Shown: positions 17,769 through 28,462, numbered from the stretch's first letter. The stretch is 33,468 bases of DNA from an uncultured Ruminococcus sp. (GCF_946187255.1 NZ_CAMHRZ010000001.1:1-33468); one strand, 5' to 3'. The notes: a model not told the origin generated them from the letters alone. Numbers and translations: made by a program.

Positions 17769-18000
17769 TCTTAACAGCCTCCTCTCCTATGAACGGCTTG
17801 TCAAGGCACGGGAAAACAGTCCCGCGTGAAAGCGCCACATCATCCTCGTAGGGGTCCTCCCAGGGCTGAAAGGGCACATAAGCCATCGCCAGCGACAGCG
17901 TTTTGGGCATGGGCGTCATCTGCACGGGGCAGCTTTCACCGCTGTCTGTATCGAATATCATGCCGAGAATATCCTTTTCCGTTCTGTCCATTATCATCAT
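17752..18000 (-). CDS. cotJA: Spore coat-associated protein CotJA
   Basis: LAMAYVPFQ and ALSRGTVFPCLDKPF motifs. The exact start among ATG ATA ATG is uncertain. Confidence 0.9.
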   Translation of the reverse strand: MMIMDRTEKDILGMIFDTDSGESCPVQMTPMPKTLSLAMAYVPFQPWEDPYEDDVALSRGTVFPCLDKPFIGEEAVKNARTE

Positions 18001-18040
18001 CTCCGTTTCTTATATCTGGATAGAGGTCTCCCTCCGTCAA

Positions 18041-18070
18041 CATACTATGCCGCAGCAGTTTTGTGTGACA
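18041..18070 (-). promoter_or_regulatory. Possible mother-cell (SigE/SigK-type) promoter of cotJ
   Basis: Minus strand GTCACA...CATAGTAT; a CATA-type -10 lies ~40 bp upstream of cotJA. Confidence 0.45.
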
Positions 18071-18207
18071 CTGCCATGTTTTGACAAATTTTCCGCCGCC
18101 GAAGTGATATCATATCAACAGAAGAAAATGCAGTATGCGGACGAGCCTGCGCCCGCCCCGATACTGCACAAGACACAGCCCGCAAAGGGCAAAGGAGGAA
18201 GATAGAT

Positions 18208-18591
18208 TTGACTGAACTAAAGACCGTACAGGGCGTGACGGTAGCCCTGCTTTCGGGGGAACTTGACCACCACACCGCCAGACTGATGCGCTGTGAGATA
18301 GACCGCGAGATAACCGAAAAGCGCCCCCGCCGCCTGGTGATAGACTTTTCGGGGGTTACATTTATGGACAGCTCGGGGATAGGGCTCATCATGGGCAGAT
18401 ACAAGCTGATGAACGAGCGGGGCGGCAGTGTGACGGTGGCAAGACCGCCCGTATACATAAAAAAGGTACTTCGGCTGGCAGGCGTTGACAGGCTCGCGCC
18501 CATATCCGATACCCTTGACGACCTTTTACCCGCAGAAGACTATGCAAAGGAGGCTGAAAGAATTGAGCAGACAAGCGGTCAGACCAATTAA
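18208..18591 (+). CDS. spoIIAA: Anti-sigma F factor antagonist SpoIIAA
   Basis: STAS domain with GELDHHTA and FMDSSGIGLIMGRY; TTG start after AAAGGAGG. Confidence 0.93.
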   Translation: MTELKTVQGVTVALLSGELDHHTARLMRCEIDREITEKRPRRLVIDFSGVTFMDSSGIGLIMGRYKLMNERGGSVTVARPPVYIKKVLRLAGVDRLAPISDTLDDLLPAEDYAKEAERIEQTSGQTN

Positions 18592-19018
18592 CGAAATGTC
18601 CGTGAGTTTCCCCGCGCTTTCGGAGAACGAGCGCTTCGCAAGGCTGGCGGTGAGCGGTTTTCTGTCACAGCTTGATCCGAACATCGCGGAGCTTTCGGAT
18701 ATCAAGACCGCTGTCTCGGAAGCGGTGACAAATGCGATAGTTCACGGCTACCGCGAAACCAAGGGCGAGGTTTCGATGCAGGTGAGGATATTCGGCGGCG
18801 GCAGGATAACCATAAAGATACAGGACAAGGGCTGCGGCATGGAGGACATAGAAAAAGCCATGACCCCGCTGTATACCTCTTCACCCGAAGAGGAACGCGC
18901 AGGACTGGGATTTACGATAATGGCGACCTTTATGGAAAGAGTGCGGGTAAAAAGCAGACCCGGCAAAGGCACCACCGTCCTGCTTGAACGTACCGTTCAG
19001 GGCAAACAGCGCCTATGA
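18563..19018 (+). CDS. spoIIAB: Anti-sigma F factor SpoIIAB
   Basis: NERFAR, IKTAVSEAVTNAIVHGY, DKGCG, ERAGLGFTIM; TTG 18563 follows AAAGGAGG. Confidence 0.94.
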   Translation: MSRQAVRPINEMSVSFPALSENERFARLAVSGFLSQLDPNIAELSDIKTAVSEAVTNAIVHGYRETKGEVSMQVRIFGGGRITIKIQDKGCGMEDIEKAMTPLYTSSPEEERAGLGFTIMATFMERVRVKSRPGKGTTVLLERTVQGKQRL

Positions 19019-19671
19019 GCATCGCTGAGAGCAGTCTCCCCGAAGATAATCTCGGGCTGGTACACCTTTGCGCCAACCGTTTTCGCGGGCGCGGGATAGA
19101 GTACGACGACCTTTACAGCGCAGGCTGCATGGGGCTGGTAAAGGCTTCAAAGGCATTTGACAGCGAACGTGGAGTGAAGTTCTCCACCTACGCCGTACCT
19201 GTTATACTCGGGGAGATAAAGCGGCTTTTCCGCGACGGCGGCACCGTCAAGGTCTCCCGCAGCCTGAAAGAGCTTTCGCTGAAACTGACCCGCGCGGGAC
19301 AGGATTTTGCTCACCGTGAGGGCAGAGAACCCACTGTTGAAGAACTAGCCATACTGGTGGAAGCCGACCCCGACGATGTGATAGAAGCCCTCAACGCGGC
19401 ACAGCCCGCAGTAAGCCTTACTATGGGCGATGAGGACGACGGAAGTCAGGCAGATCTGCCCGCTCCCGCCCCCGACGAAGATATAACCGACCGCCTTGCC
19501 CTTCGGCAGGTGCTTTCCGAACTGACAGAAGAGGACAGACGACTGATAGAACTGCGGTACTTCCGCGGCATGACCCAGACCGCCGCAGCCGAAATACTGG
19601 GCATGACGCAGGTGCAGGTATCAAGGCGTGAAAAAAAGCTGCTGATGTATATGCGTTCAAAGCTGATCTGA
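19015..19671 (+). CDS. sigF: Sporulation sigma factor SigF
   Basis: NLGLV, FSTYAVPVILGEIKRLFRD, TQVQVSRREKK; third gene of the spoIIA operon with ATGA coupling. Confidence 0.9.
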   Translation: MSIAESSLPEDNLGLVHLCANRFRGRGIEYDDLYSAGCMGLVKASKAFDSERGVKFSTYAVPVILGEIKRLFRDGGTVKVSRSLKELSLKLTRAGQDFAHREGREPTVEELAILVEADPDDVIEALNAAQPAVSLTMGDEDDGSQADLPAPAPDEDITDRLALRQVLSELTEEDRRLIELRYFRGMTQTAAAEILGMTQVQVSRREKKLLMYMRSKLI

Positions 19672-19683
19672 CCTGCGTACTGC

Positions 19684-19720
19684 GGAGCCAATGTCAATTT
19701 AATGACATTGGCTCCTTTTT
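19684..19720 (+). terminator. Intrinsic terminator of the spoIIA operon
   Basis: Perfect 13-bp stem GGAGCCAATGTCA/TGACATTGGCTCC followed by T5. Confidence 0.88.
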
Positions 19721-19755
19721 GACTCTTTTGGGTGGGGATACTCTGTTTTTGCCGC

Positions 19756-19784
19756 AAAAAAGCACCTGCGGGAACCGCAGGTGC
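19756..19784 (-). terminator. Intrinsic terminator of uvrA
   Basis: GCACCTGCGG/CCGCAGGTGC stem with a U6 tail on the minus strand. Confidence 0.85.
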
Positions 19785-19791
19785 CAAACCA

Positions 19792-22626
19792 TTATGAATT
19801 ATGAGTTATGAATTTGCGAAGGTATTTTCCTGTGTAGCTCTCCTCGCAAGCCGCTATATCCTCGGGGGTGCCCGTGCATACGATCGTGCCGCCCTTGTCG
19901 CCGCCTTCGGGTCCCAGATCAATGATATGGTCGGCAGTCTTTATCACATCGAGATTATGCTCGATGACCAGCACCGTGTTGCCCGCGTCTGCCAGCCTTT
20001 GCAGCACCTCTATCAGCTTGTGTACGTCCGCTGTGTGCAGACCTGTGGTAGGCTCATCAAGGATATATATGGTGCGTCCCGTCGCACGCTTTGCCAGTTC
20101 TGTCGCCAGCTTTACGCGCTGTGCTTCACCGCCCGAAAGAGTTGTGGCAGGCTGACCTATCTTCACATATCCCAGCCCCACTTCGTAGAGGGTCTGCAGT
20201 TTGCGCTGTATCTTAGGCATATTCGTGAAGAACTGTACGCCCTCCTCGACTGTCATTTCCAGCACGTCGTATATGCTTTTGCCCTTGTATTTGACTTCCA
20301 GCGTCTCGCGGTTGTACCTCTTTCCTCCGCAGACCTCGCAGGGTACATAAACATCGGGCAGGAAGTGCATCTCGATCTTGATTATACCGTCGCCCTCGCA
20401 GGCTTCACAGCGCCCGCCCTTTACATTGAAGGAAAAACGTCCCGCGTTGTAGCCCTTCATCTTGGCATCCTGTGTCTGTGCGAAAAGCTCGCGGATATCG
20501 GTGAATACGCCTGTATAGGTAGCAGGATTTGAACGCGGAGTTCTGCCGATGGGGGACTGGTCGATATTTATGACCTTGTCAAGATAGGACACGCCCTCCA
20601 TCTTGTCGAATTCTCCCGCCCTTATCTTGGCGCGGTTCAGCTTGCCCGCCAGATGCTTGTAGATTATCTCGTTCACCAGCGAGCTCTTGCCGCTGCCCGA
20701 TACTCCCGTAACGCAGGTGAACGTTCCCAGCGGAATCTTCACGGTGATATCTTTCAGATTGTTCTGCCTTGCACCTTTGATGGTGAGGTATTTGCCGTTC
20801 CCGCTGCGCCTTTCGGTGGGGACGGGTATCTTTCTTCTGCCGCTGAGGTACTGTCCTGTCATAGACCTCTCGCACGCCTTGATATCCTCCACCGTGCCCT
20901 GTGCCACGACTTCTCCGCCGTGTATGCCCGCACCGGGACCTATATCCACGATGTGGTCAGCCGCATACATGGTGTCTTCGTCATGCTCCACGACTATCAG
21001 CGTATTTCCCAAGTCGCGCAGGCGTTTGAGGGTGGCTATCAGCTTGTCATTGTCCCTTTGGTGGAGCCCTATGGACGGCTCATCGAGGATATACAGCACG
21101 CCCACAAGGGACGAGCCTATCTGGGTGGCAAGGCGTATACGCTGGCTCTCGCCGCCCGAAAGCGTGCCCGCCGAACGTGACAGTGTCAGGTATTCCAGTC
21201 CCACGCTGGCAAGAAATCCCAGCCTGTCCTTTATCTCCTTGATTATGCGCTCGCCTATCAGCTTCTCGCGCTCGGAAAGCTCCGTATTTTCGAGGAATTC
21301 CAGCACTCCCACTACCGACTTGTCGCAGAGCTCCGCGATATTCAGTCCGCCCACAGTCACGCTGAGACTTTCGGGGCGCAGTCTTTTTCCTTTGCAGGCA
21401 GGACAGTCTTCTTCGGTCATGTTGGCTTCGATATCAGCCTTTGACCACTCGCTGGAAGTCTCCTTGTAGCGCCTTTCCAGATTGGGGATTATGCCCTCAA
21501 AGGCGGAATCGTACTCAGCCTTGTAAAACTTATTGCCGCGTGAAAGATGCAGCTTCTTGTCTCCTGTGCCGTACAGGAACAGACCAAGCTGTTCCTCCGT
21601 GAGTTCGCTGACGGGCTTGTCCAGAGGTACGTTATATTCATCGGATATGGCCTTGAAGTACATCATCGCCACAGAAGTATCATCCAGCGAGTTCCAGCCG
21701 CTCGCCTTGATAGCGCCCTCGGTTATAGAAAGGTTCTTGTTGGGTACGATGAGGTCGGGGTCTATCTTTTTGAATACGCCCAATCCCGTACACTTCTCGC
21801 AGGCACCGTAGGGGTTGTTGAAGGAGAACATCCTCGGTGCCAGCTCGCCTATGGATACCCCGTGTTCGGGGCAGGCATAGCTTTGTGAAAAGCTCATCTC
21901 CTCACCGCCGATGACATCCGCCGTCACCAGTCCGCCAGTCAGTGCGGATACAGTCTCAATACTGTCCGTCAGCCTTGAACGTATGCTTTCCTTTATCACC
22001 AGTCTGTCCACCACTATCTCGATGGTGTGCTTCTTGTTCTTTTCAAGCTCGATGCTCTCGGAAAGATCATAGGTCATGCCATCCACCCTCACGCGGACGT
22101 ATCCTGACTTCTTCGCCTGCTCGAACTCCTTCTGATGGGTACCTTTCCTGCCGCGCACTATCGGTGCGAGCAGCTGTATCTTGGTGCCCTCTTTCAGCGA
22201 CATCAGCTGATCTGCTATCTGATCGACGGTCTGCTGTTTGATCTCACGTCCGCATACAGGACAGTGGGGCACACCTATCCTCGCATAAAGCAGACGCAGA
22301 TAATCATATATCTCCGTCACCGTGCCCACTGTGGAGCGGGGGTTTTTGGAGGTGGTCTTCTGGTCTATGGATATAGCGGGAGAAAGCCCCTCGATGCTTT
22401 CAACATCGGGCTTATCCATCTGACCCAAAAACATACGCGCATAAGAGGACAGCGACTCCACATAGCGGCGCTGTCCGTCGGCGTATATCGTATCGAATGC
22501 AAGGGAGCTTTTCCCCGATCCCGAAAGTCCCGTCATGACTATCAGCTTGTCGCGGGGGATGGTGAGATCAATATTTTTCAGGTTATGCTCCTTTGCGCCT
22601 TTTATGATTATCTCGTTTATAGGCAT
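19792..22626 (-). CDS. uvrA: Excinuclease ABC subunit A
   Basis: Two Walker A motifs ([16 protein letters not shown]), two LSGGE signatures and zinc fingers. Confidence 0.98.
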   Translation of the reverse strand: MPINEIIIKGAKEHNLKNIDLTIPRDKLIVMTGLSGSGKSSLAFDTIYADGQRRYVESLSSYARMFLGQMDKPDVESIEGLSPAISIDQKTTSKNPRSTVGTVTEIYDYLRLLYARIGVPHCPVCGREIKQQTVDQIADQLMSLKEGTKIQLLAPIVRGRKGTHQKEFEQAKKSGYVRVRVDGMTYDLSESIELEKNKKHTIEIVVDRLVIKESIRSRLTDSIETVSALTGGLVTADVIGGEEMSFSQSYACPEHGVSIGELAPRMFSFNNPYGACEKCTGLGVFKKIDPDLIVPNKNLSITEGAIKASGWNSLDDTSVAMMYFKAISDEYNVPLDKPVSELTEEQLGLFLYGTGDKKLHLSRGNKFYKAEYDSAFEGIIPNLERRYKETSSEWSKADIEANMTEEDCPACKGKRLRPESLSVTVGGLNIAELCDKSVVGVLEFLENTELSEREKLIGERIIKEIKDRLGFLASVGLEYLTLSRSAGTLSGGESQRIRLATQIGSSLVGVLYILDEPSIGLHQRDNDKLIATLKRLRDLGNTLIVVEHDEDTMYAADHIVDIGPGAGIHGGEVVAQGTVEDIKACERSMTGQYLSGRRKIPVPTERRSGNGKYLTIKGARQNNLKDITVKIPLGTFTCVTGVSGSGKSSLVNEIIYKHLAGKLNRAKIRAGEFDKMEGVSYLDKVINIDQSPIGRTPRSNPATYTGVFTDIRELFAQTQDAKMKGYNAGRFSFNVKGGRCEACEGDGIIKIEMHFLPDVYVPCEVCGGKRYNRETLEVKYKGKSIYDVLEMTVEEGVQFFTNMPKIQRKLQTLYEVGLGYVKIGQPATTLSGGEAQRVKLATELAKRATGRTIYILDEPTTGLHTADVHKLIEVLQRLADAGNTVLVIEHNLDVIKTADHIIDLGPEGGDKGGTIVCTGTPEDIAACEESYTGKYLRKFITHNS

Positions 22627-22655
22627 AATATCAACTCCGTTATCGTATAGAAAGC

Positions 22656-24536
22656 TTAGTCAAGGCTTATCACCGCATAGTGCTCGGTCTGCATATTAAG
22701 CACATACAGCAGCTTTGCTTTGCCGTCTTTATCTATTATCTCCAGCTGGTCCTCACCGAATACATAGTCATCGGGATACTGTACATCCGTATCTCCTTCC
22801 ATATATACCTGCCAGCCTGATTCCTTTTCCTCACGGATGATAGGTTCTTCCTCCACACATCTGTCATACCACTCGCCGTCGGGTATAAGATCATCAACGG
22901 GCAGTATCACAAGATCGACTTTTCTGCCGTCAGTTTTTTCGGGGAATGACTTGTCATCGCCCGTGCTTGTTATGAACACGCTGTTCGCGTCCCGCAGGTA
23001 AGAGGGGAAGCACTGTATCTGCCAGACATTGCCATCGCTCCTTGAGGGGAACAACACCACGTTCCTGCCCGCAGAGACCTTTGCAAGGTCGGTGTAATGC
23101 TTTGAATGCATCGTTTCCATTGGCGAAGTCTCGCACACATTGACCCTGATCAGCACTCCTGCCGCCAGCAGCAGTGTTGTCAGCTCTTTCTTTTTCAGCC
23201 GCAGCCCCGAAAGCACCGTATCAGCGGCAGTCACCGCTGTAAGACACAGCGCGGGCATCACGATGAACACATACCTTACAACATAAGTACCCATATCGAT
23301 AATATCGCTTATACTCGGCAGTATCAGCACAAATACCAGATTTGCCGCCGCCATCACAGGTATGAACCAGCTGCTGTTCTTCATATATCCGACAAATTTG
23401 CCGGAAGAACGCTTTATCAGCGCAAACAGCCTGTCCCTATTCTCGATGAACCATGTCTCTTTTCTGAAAAGAAAGCACAGCGGTACACACAGCACAGCCA
23501 GTATCAGCACTGTACCGATGATATAGTCACCCGAATAGCTCTTGAAAATGGATACTCTTATACCCAGCGTCAGCCTCAGCAGCCCGCCGCCGCCCAGCAG
23601 ATAGCGCAGACGTGCAGGATAATCCAGCTTATAGTCCTTCGGGTCGAAAGCACCTTTGTAATTAAGAGTATGAGTGATGACATAAGGGTATGCCGCAAGA
23701 AAAGCCCCCAGCGCCGCCGTCATCGACAAGCCGTATGCGAACATCTGCTTTATCCTTTTGCGGCATATCATGTATATGCACAGGAACGCGGTGAATGCTC
23801 CGCATATCATGCACATGGTATAGTTGGTGAAAAACAGCAGGAAAGCTGTAACAGCGGCAGGCGGGACGTTCCTCTTTATGTCGAAGCCTTTTTCCTTGTC
23901 AAAGCTTTTTAACATCCTGGCGCTGAAGTAGTAGAACATCGTTATCAGCATCGTCATAAAGCAGTATTGCCTTAAAAACAGTATGGTAGACAAAGCGCCC
24001 TTGCCTGCGCCGTAAAGACCGCATACCGTCAGTGCGGTGATATCCCGCCCGCTCACCAGCTTTGTCAGCCTAAACAGGAATATCTGCGTGACCGCCATGC
24101 ATACCAGATTAATGGCAAATGTATACCACAACGAGAAACTGTTGGGGAAAAATGAGCATATCGTGTGGAGTATGCTATAATACAGCGGCGGGTGATGATC
24201 CAGCACCTGGTTGTGATACACCGAACCGTATGCGAACCTTTCCCCCTCCTGCACGGTGAGGTAGTCGCTGAAAACACTGCCGTCCACCCATCTGCCCGTT
24301 ATGTCCGAGCCTGCATAGCCGCCCTCATACTCATCCTGAAATATCCCGTCCTCCAGATAGATGAACGGCTTGTAATAGCTGTTTGACAGACCGTAGCACC
24401 ATATCTCGTCCGAGTGGCAGCTCTGTTTCCTGTACATGAACATATACGTCGAGTACAGTAGCTGCAAGACTATCATCAGCAGCAGGATGATATGTGTTCT
24501 GTGCTTCACCCAAAAAGAACCTTCGCTGTCCTTCAC
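22656..24536 (-). CDS. Multi-pass membrane protein, probable GT-C-fold glycosyltransferase (PMT/ArnT-like)
   Basis: HSDE motif after TM1, DHHPPLYY, R-x-Y, about 10-12 hydrophobic segments and a soluble C-terminal domain. The GTG start overlaps the uvrB stop. Confidence 0.75.
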   Translation of the reverse strand: MKDSEGSFWVKHRTHIILLLMIVLQLLYSTYMFMYRKQSCHSDEIWCYGLSNSYYKPFIYLEDGIFQDEYEGGYAGSDITGRWVDGSVFSDYLTVQEGERFAYGSVYHNQVLDHHPPLYYSILHTICSFFPNSFSLWYTFAINLVCMAVTQIFLFRLTKLVSGRDITALTVCGLYGAGKGALSTILFLRQYCFMTMLITMFYYFSARMLKSFDKEKGFDIKRNVPPAAVTAFLLFFTNYTMCMICGAFTAFLCIYMICRKRIKQMFAYGLSMTAALGAFLAAYPYVITHTLNYKGAFDPKDYKLDYPARLRYLLGGGGLLRLTLGIRVSIFKSYSGDYIIGTVLILAVLCVPLCFLFRKETWFIENRDRLFALIKRSSGKFVGYMKNSSWFIPVMAAANLVFVLILPSISDIIDMGTYVVRYVFIVMPALCLTAVTAADTVLSGLRLKKKELTTLLLAAGVLIRVNVCETSPMETMHSKHYTDLAKVSAGRNVVLFPSRSDGNVWQIQCFPSYLRDANSVFITSTGDDKSFPEKTDGRKVDLVILPVDDLIPDGEWYDRCVEEEPIIREEKESGWQVYMEGDTDVQYPDDYVFGEDQLEIIDKDGKAKLLYVLNMQTEHYAVISLD

Positions 24537-26503
24537 TTCTTTTCCCCCTTCAGCTCCGCTATCTTGTCGCGCAGGAAGGCTGCGTGTTCAAATTCAAGCA
24601 GTTTGGCGGCTTCCTTCATCTCGCGGGTCAGTTTGTCTATCAGCTTCTGCTGTTCTGCCTTTGAAAGCTTTGCCGACTGCCTTGCGGAATACTCGGCTTC
24701 TTCCTTTGTGGATATCTCTATTACGTCGCGGATATCCTTTACTATCGTTTTGGGAACTATACCATGTTTCTCGTTGAACTTCATCTGTATCTCACGGCGG
24801 CGCTCCGTCTCACGGATGGCGTTCTCCATCGAGCGGGTCACGCTGTCGGCGTACATTATGACTGTGCCCTCCGCATTTCGTGCGGCTCTGCCTATGGTCT
24901 GTATCAGCGCACTTTCGGAACGCAGGAAGCCCTCCTTGTCCGCATCGAGTATCGCCACCAGGCTCACCTCGGGCAGATCTAGACCCTCACGCAGCAGGTT
25001 TATGCCCACCAGCACGTCAAATTCTCCCAGACGCAGATCGCGTATTATCTCCATACGCTCTATCGTATCTATATCGTGGTGCATATACCGCACCTTAACA
25101 TCAAAGTTTTTGAGATAGGCGGTGAGATCCTCCGCCATCTTCTTTGTGAGGGTCGTCACCAGAACTCGCTGTTCTTTAGCAACGCGGACATTTATCTCAC
25201 TGAGCAGATCCTCTATCTGTCCCTCTGAGGGTCTTACGGATATCAGCGGGTCGAGAAGTCCCGTAGGTCTTATCACCTGCTCGATTATCTGCGCACTCTT
25301 TTCCTTTTCTATGGGACCGGGAGTTGCCGATACGAATATCGCCTGATTTATGCGGCTGTAGAACTCATCGAACTGCAGAGGTCTGTTGTCCAGCGCCGAC
25401 GGCAGACGGAAGCCGTAATCCACAAGAGTCTGCTTGCGTGCCCTGTCGCCCGCGAACATACCCCTCACCTGCGGCAGAGAAACGTGGGACTCATCCACCA
25501 TCAGCAGGAAATCATCGGGCATGAAATCGAAAAGCGTGAAAGGCACAGCACCCTTCGGCCGCCTTGAAAGCACGCGGGAATAGTTCTCGATGCCGCTGCA
25601 GAAGCCTATCTCCTCCAGCATCTCGATATCGTAGTTGGTGCGCTGCTGTATGCGTTGCGCTTCTATCAGCATACCCTTGTCCTCGAAGTATTTCACCCGC
25701 TCCGCCAGCTCTTCCTTTATCTCCTCTATGGCATCCGCCATCTTGTCACGCCCCACGATATAGTGTGATGCAGGGAAAACAGCGGCAAAGGTGAGATTGT
25801 TCAGCACTTCGCCCGTCAGCACATTGACCTCGCTTATCCTGTCTATCTCATCCCCGAAGAATTCCACCCTTATCACGGTATCGTTGGAGTATGCGGGGAA
25901 TATCTCTACCACATCGCCCCTTACGCGGAACTTGTTCCTGACAAAATTGATATCGTTGCGCTCATACTGTATCCTCACCAGCTCTGCGATGAGCTCATCA
26001 CGGGACTTCTCGGCACCTTTGCGGATACCCACCACCATAGACTTGTACTCTGCGGGGTCGCCCAGAGAGTATATACATGATACGCTGGCAACTATGATAA
26101 CATCGCGGCGCTCGGATATGGCAGTGGTGGCAGAGTGGCGCAGACGGTCTATCTCATAGTTCACCGAGCTGTCCTTTTCGATATAAACATCCGTACTCGG
26201 GACGTATGCTTCGGGCTGATAATAGTCGTAATAGCTCACAAAGTATTCCACCGCATTGTTGGGGAAAAACTCCTTGAATTCCGAACAAAGCTGTGCCGCG
26301 AGTATCTTGTTGTGCGCCAGCACCAGTGTGGGGCGGTTGAGCCTTTCGATGACATTAGCCATAGTAAAGGTCTTGCCCGAGCCCGTGACACCCATGAGGG
26401 TCTGCTCTTTCATACCCGCCTGAACGCCTTTTACGAGGGCATCAACTGCTTCGGGCTGATCTCCCGAAAGTTTATAATCCGACACCAGCTGAAATCTGTC
26501 CAT
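24533..26503 (-). CDS. uvrB: Excinuclease ABC subunit B
   Basis: [36 protein letters not shown]-terminal UVR domain; RBS GGGAGG before ATG 26503. Confidence 0.98.
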   Translation of the reverse strand: MDRFQLVSDYKLSGDQPEAVDALVKGVQAGMKEQTLMGVTGSGKTFTMANVIERLNRPTLVLAHNKILAAQLCSEFKEFFPNNAVEYFVSYYDYYQPEAYVPSTDVYIEKDSSVNYEIDRLRHSATTAISERRDVIIVASVSCIYSLGDPAEYKSMVVGIRKGAEKSRDELIAELVRIQYERNDINFVRNKFRVRGDVVEIFPAYSNDTVIRVEFFGDEIDRISEVNVLTGEVLNNLTFAAVFPASHYIVGRDKMADAIEEIKEELAERVKYFEDKGMLIEAQRIQQRTNYDIEMLEEIGFCSGIENYSRVLSRRPKGAVPFTLFDFMPDDFLLMVDESHVSLPQVRGMFAGDRARKQTLVDYGFRLPSALDNRPLQFDEFYSRINQAIFVSATPGPIEKEKSAQIIEQVIRPTGLLDPLISVRPSEGQIEDLLSEINVRVAKEQRVLVTTLTKKMAEDLTAYLKNFDVKVRYMHHDIDTIERMEIIRDLRLGEFDVLVGINLLREGLDLPEVSLVAILDADKEGFLRSESALIQTIGRAARNAEGTVIMYADSVTRSMENAIRETERRREIQMKFNEKHGIVPKTIVKDIRDVIEISTKEEAEYSARQSAKLSKAEQQKLIDKLTREMKEAAKLLEFEHAAFLRDKIAELKGEKK

Positions 26504-26544
26504 ATCGACGTCCTCCCTGCTAAAAAAATACTGAGAATAATATG

Positions 26545-26558
26545 CGAACAATTGTTTA
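26545..26558. promoter_or_regulatory. LexA (SOS/Cheo) box
   Basis: CGAAC-AATT-GTTTA matches the Firmicute GAAC-N4-GTTC/T consensus and overlaps the predicted uvrB +1. Confidence 0.8.
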
Positions 26559-26560
26559 TA

Positions 26561-26589
26561 ATTATACATCTGTATACTATATATGTCAA
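26561..26589 (-). promoter_or_regulatory. Consensus SigA promoter of uvrB
   Basis: TTGACA-17bp-TATAAT on the minus strand. Confidence 0.88.
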
Positions 26590-26621
26590 GAGATTTTTCA
26601 TGAACTTTGAGAGGTGACAGC

Positions 26622-26655
26622 AATAAGAAAGAGGACAGCCGCGCGTACTGTCCTC
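26622..26655 (-). terminator. Probable terminator after rsmG
   Basis: GAGGACAG/CTGTCCTC stem followed by TTTCTTATT on the minus strand. Confidence 0.7.
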
Positions 26656-26671
26656 GTTGATCTTTCGTATG

Positions 26672-27382
26672 TCAGCCCAGGGGCTTTTTCTTGATCTGAC
26701 CCGCATTTCTCGGATACTTTGCGGGGGTTTCGCCTGTCTTGCGTATCAGTATCAGCGTCCTCGCATCGCCGCCCGGCAGGGTATACTCTATGACCTTTTC
26801 CGTCTTTCCTCCCAGCAGTTTTATCGCGGGCTTTGCTTTATCCAGTTCCTCGCTGCCGCTGCTGCCTTTCAGCGATACGAACAGTCCGCCCACCTTGACA
26901 AAAGGCAGACAGTATTCGCACAGGTCAGTGAGGTTCGCCACCGCCCTTGCCGTTGCGATATCATACATTTCTCTGTACTCTGGCTTCCTGCCGAATTCCT
27001 CCGCTCTGCCGTGTACACACTTGGCGTTAAGGGCTATGTTATCCGAGAGGGACTGTAAAAAGCTGATCCTCTTGTTAAGGCTGTCCAGCAGGGTCAGCCT
27101 TATATCATCGCGGTAAACTTTAAGCGGGCAGGAGGGGAAACCCGCACCTGTGCCTACGTCTATCAGCGATGCGCCCTCAGGCAGATCAAAAAGCGTGAAC
27201 GGATATATGCTGTCAAAAAAATGCTTGACCGCGATGCCCTCATCATCGGTTATCGCCGTCAGATTTACCATCTTGTTATACTCCACCAGCATATCCGCGT
27301 ACTTTTCCAGTCTTGCCGACTGTTCATCCGTCAGCACTATGCCGTTCTCATTGAAAATATCCTTGAATACAGAAAGTTCCAT
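26672..27382 (-). CDS. rsmG: 16S rRNA (guanine(527)-N7)-methyltransferase RsmG/GidB
   Basis: NLTAI, KHFFDS, DVGTGAGFP, DSLNKR, RAE, ARAVA, KYPR; start at ATG 27382 after GAGGT. Confidence 0.96.
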   Translation of the reverse strand: MELSVFKDIFNENGIVLTDEQSARLEKYADMLVEYNKMVNLTAITDDEGIAVKHFFDSIYPFTLFDLPEGASLIDVGTGAGFPSCPLKVYRDDIRLTLLDSLNKRISFLQSLSDNIALNAKCVHGRAEEFGRKPEYREMYDIATARAVANLTDLCEYCLPFVKVGGLFVSLKGSSGSEELDKAKPAIKLLGGKTEKVIEYTLPGGDARTLILIRKTGETPAKYPRNAGQIKKKPLG

Positions 27383-27394
27383 ATAATACCTCAC

Positions 27395-27426
27395 AAAAAA
27401 TGACCGTCCCGCGCACGGAACGGTCA
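27395..27426 (-). terminator. Intrinsic terminator after the hup-DUF6465 unit
   Basis: TGACCGTTCCG/CGGGACGGTCA stem with a U6 tail on the minus strand. Confidence 0.8.
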
Positions 27427-27441
27427 CGAATACCGAATATA

Positions 27442-27786
27442 TTACAGATCGATCTTCTGATCTGCATCGCCCTTGTCGTTTACAGTGTAGTAAGCGACGC
27501 CTTCCTCGGGCTTGATATACAGCTTAACAGCCTTGGGAGCCCTGTGACCTTTTGCTTTGTAGTCAGCCTTTGCAGCCTCAACAAGGCTTGCAACATCGAG
27601 CTGCTTGTCGGCAAACTCAACGAATACTACGTCCTTTTCAGCTGCCTTCTCAACAGCAGCCTTGGTCTTTTCAGCGGTCTTCTTTGCAACGCTCTTGGTC
27701 TTTGCGGCAGTCTCCTTAGCGACTTCCTTTACCTCAGCAGCAACTTCCGCAGCCTTTGTTTTTGCAGCTTTTTTTGTATTTGCCAT
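27442..27786 (-). CDS. DUF6465-like protein with Lys/Ala-rich histone-like N-terminus
   Basis: KKAAK/TAAK-rich N-terminal half; C-terminal LYIKPEEGVAYYTVN motif. RBS AAAGGAG spacing favours ATG 27786. Confidence 0.8.
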   Translation of the reverse strand: MANTKKAAKTKAAEVAAEVKEVAKETAAKTKSVAKKTAEKTKAAVEKAAEKDVVFVEFADKQLDVASLVEAAKADYKAKGHRAPKAVKLYIKPEEGVAYYTVNDKGDADQKIDL

Positions 27787-27834
27787 GTCCATGATCTCCT
27801 TTTAGTGAACTTTGATATTTACGCCGCTGTATAA

Positions 27835-28113
27835 TTATTTCTTGTCAACAGCGTCCTTCAGTGCCTTTGCAGCCTTGAAAGCGGGTACCTTCTTTGCGGG
27901 TACATCTATCGGCTCTTTGGTAGCGGGGTTGATGGACTTCTTTGCAGCGCGGTCTCTTACCTCAAAAGTACCAAAGCCGGGTATAGCGACTTTTTCGCCC
28001 TTTTCGAGAGCCTCAGTGATGGTGCTTATAACAGCATCGAGAGCTGCTTCGGCGTTCTTCTTTGTGCTGCCGTTCTTCTCAGCGATAGCGGCAAGCAGTT
28101 CAGCCTTCTTCAT
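27835..28113 (-). CDS. hup: HU-family DNA-binding protein
   Basis: MKKAELL, GFGTFEV, INPAT, VPAFKA; RBS GGAGGT; 92 aa. Confidence 0.96.
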   Translation of the reverse strand: MKKAELLAAIAEKNGSTKKNAEAALDAVISTITEALEKGEKVAIPGFGTFEVRDRAAKKSINPATKEPIDVPAKKVPAFKAAKALKDAVDKK

Positions 28114-28176
28114 AATAACTACCTCCATATTTAAAATTCCTGCACATATTACGCATTGGCGGGTTTTCATGTTGAT

Positions 28177-28205
28177 ATTATAACCGATATCACCCTCTTT
28201 GTCAA
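28177..28205 (-). promoter_or_regulatory. Consensus SigA promoter of hup
   Basis: TTGACA-17bp-TATAAT on the minus strand. Confidence 0.88.
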
Positions 28206-28462
28206 TTAAAATGCCCCTGTTTTCGGGCTTTCGGCGCAATCTTTGTAGCCTTGACTAAAAATTTCCGTATTGTACACGGAGAATTTTGTGTTTATTCACA
28301 CAATGTTTAAGAAATTACTGTAAGCCTTTATTTTGGGGATATTGGGCAACTTTTGACACAGGAGCGGATGACCTGTCAAAAAATGCGGAAAGCTGTCATT
28401 TCGTTGTAAAAAATAGCCAAAAAACGGACTGAAAATTCTACACGGCAGCCCGCTATTTATGA

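Noticed and set aside
26504-26623. Longer N-termini in the ORF track (uvrB; also hup, GH51, AraC, spoIIAB, rsmG, dockerin protein)
   Set aside because: The extensions overlap predicted promoters, terminators or neighbouring genes. Downstream starts have clear RBSs.
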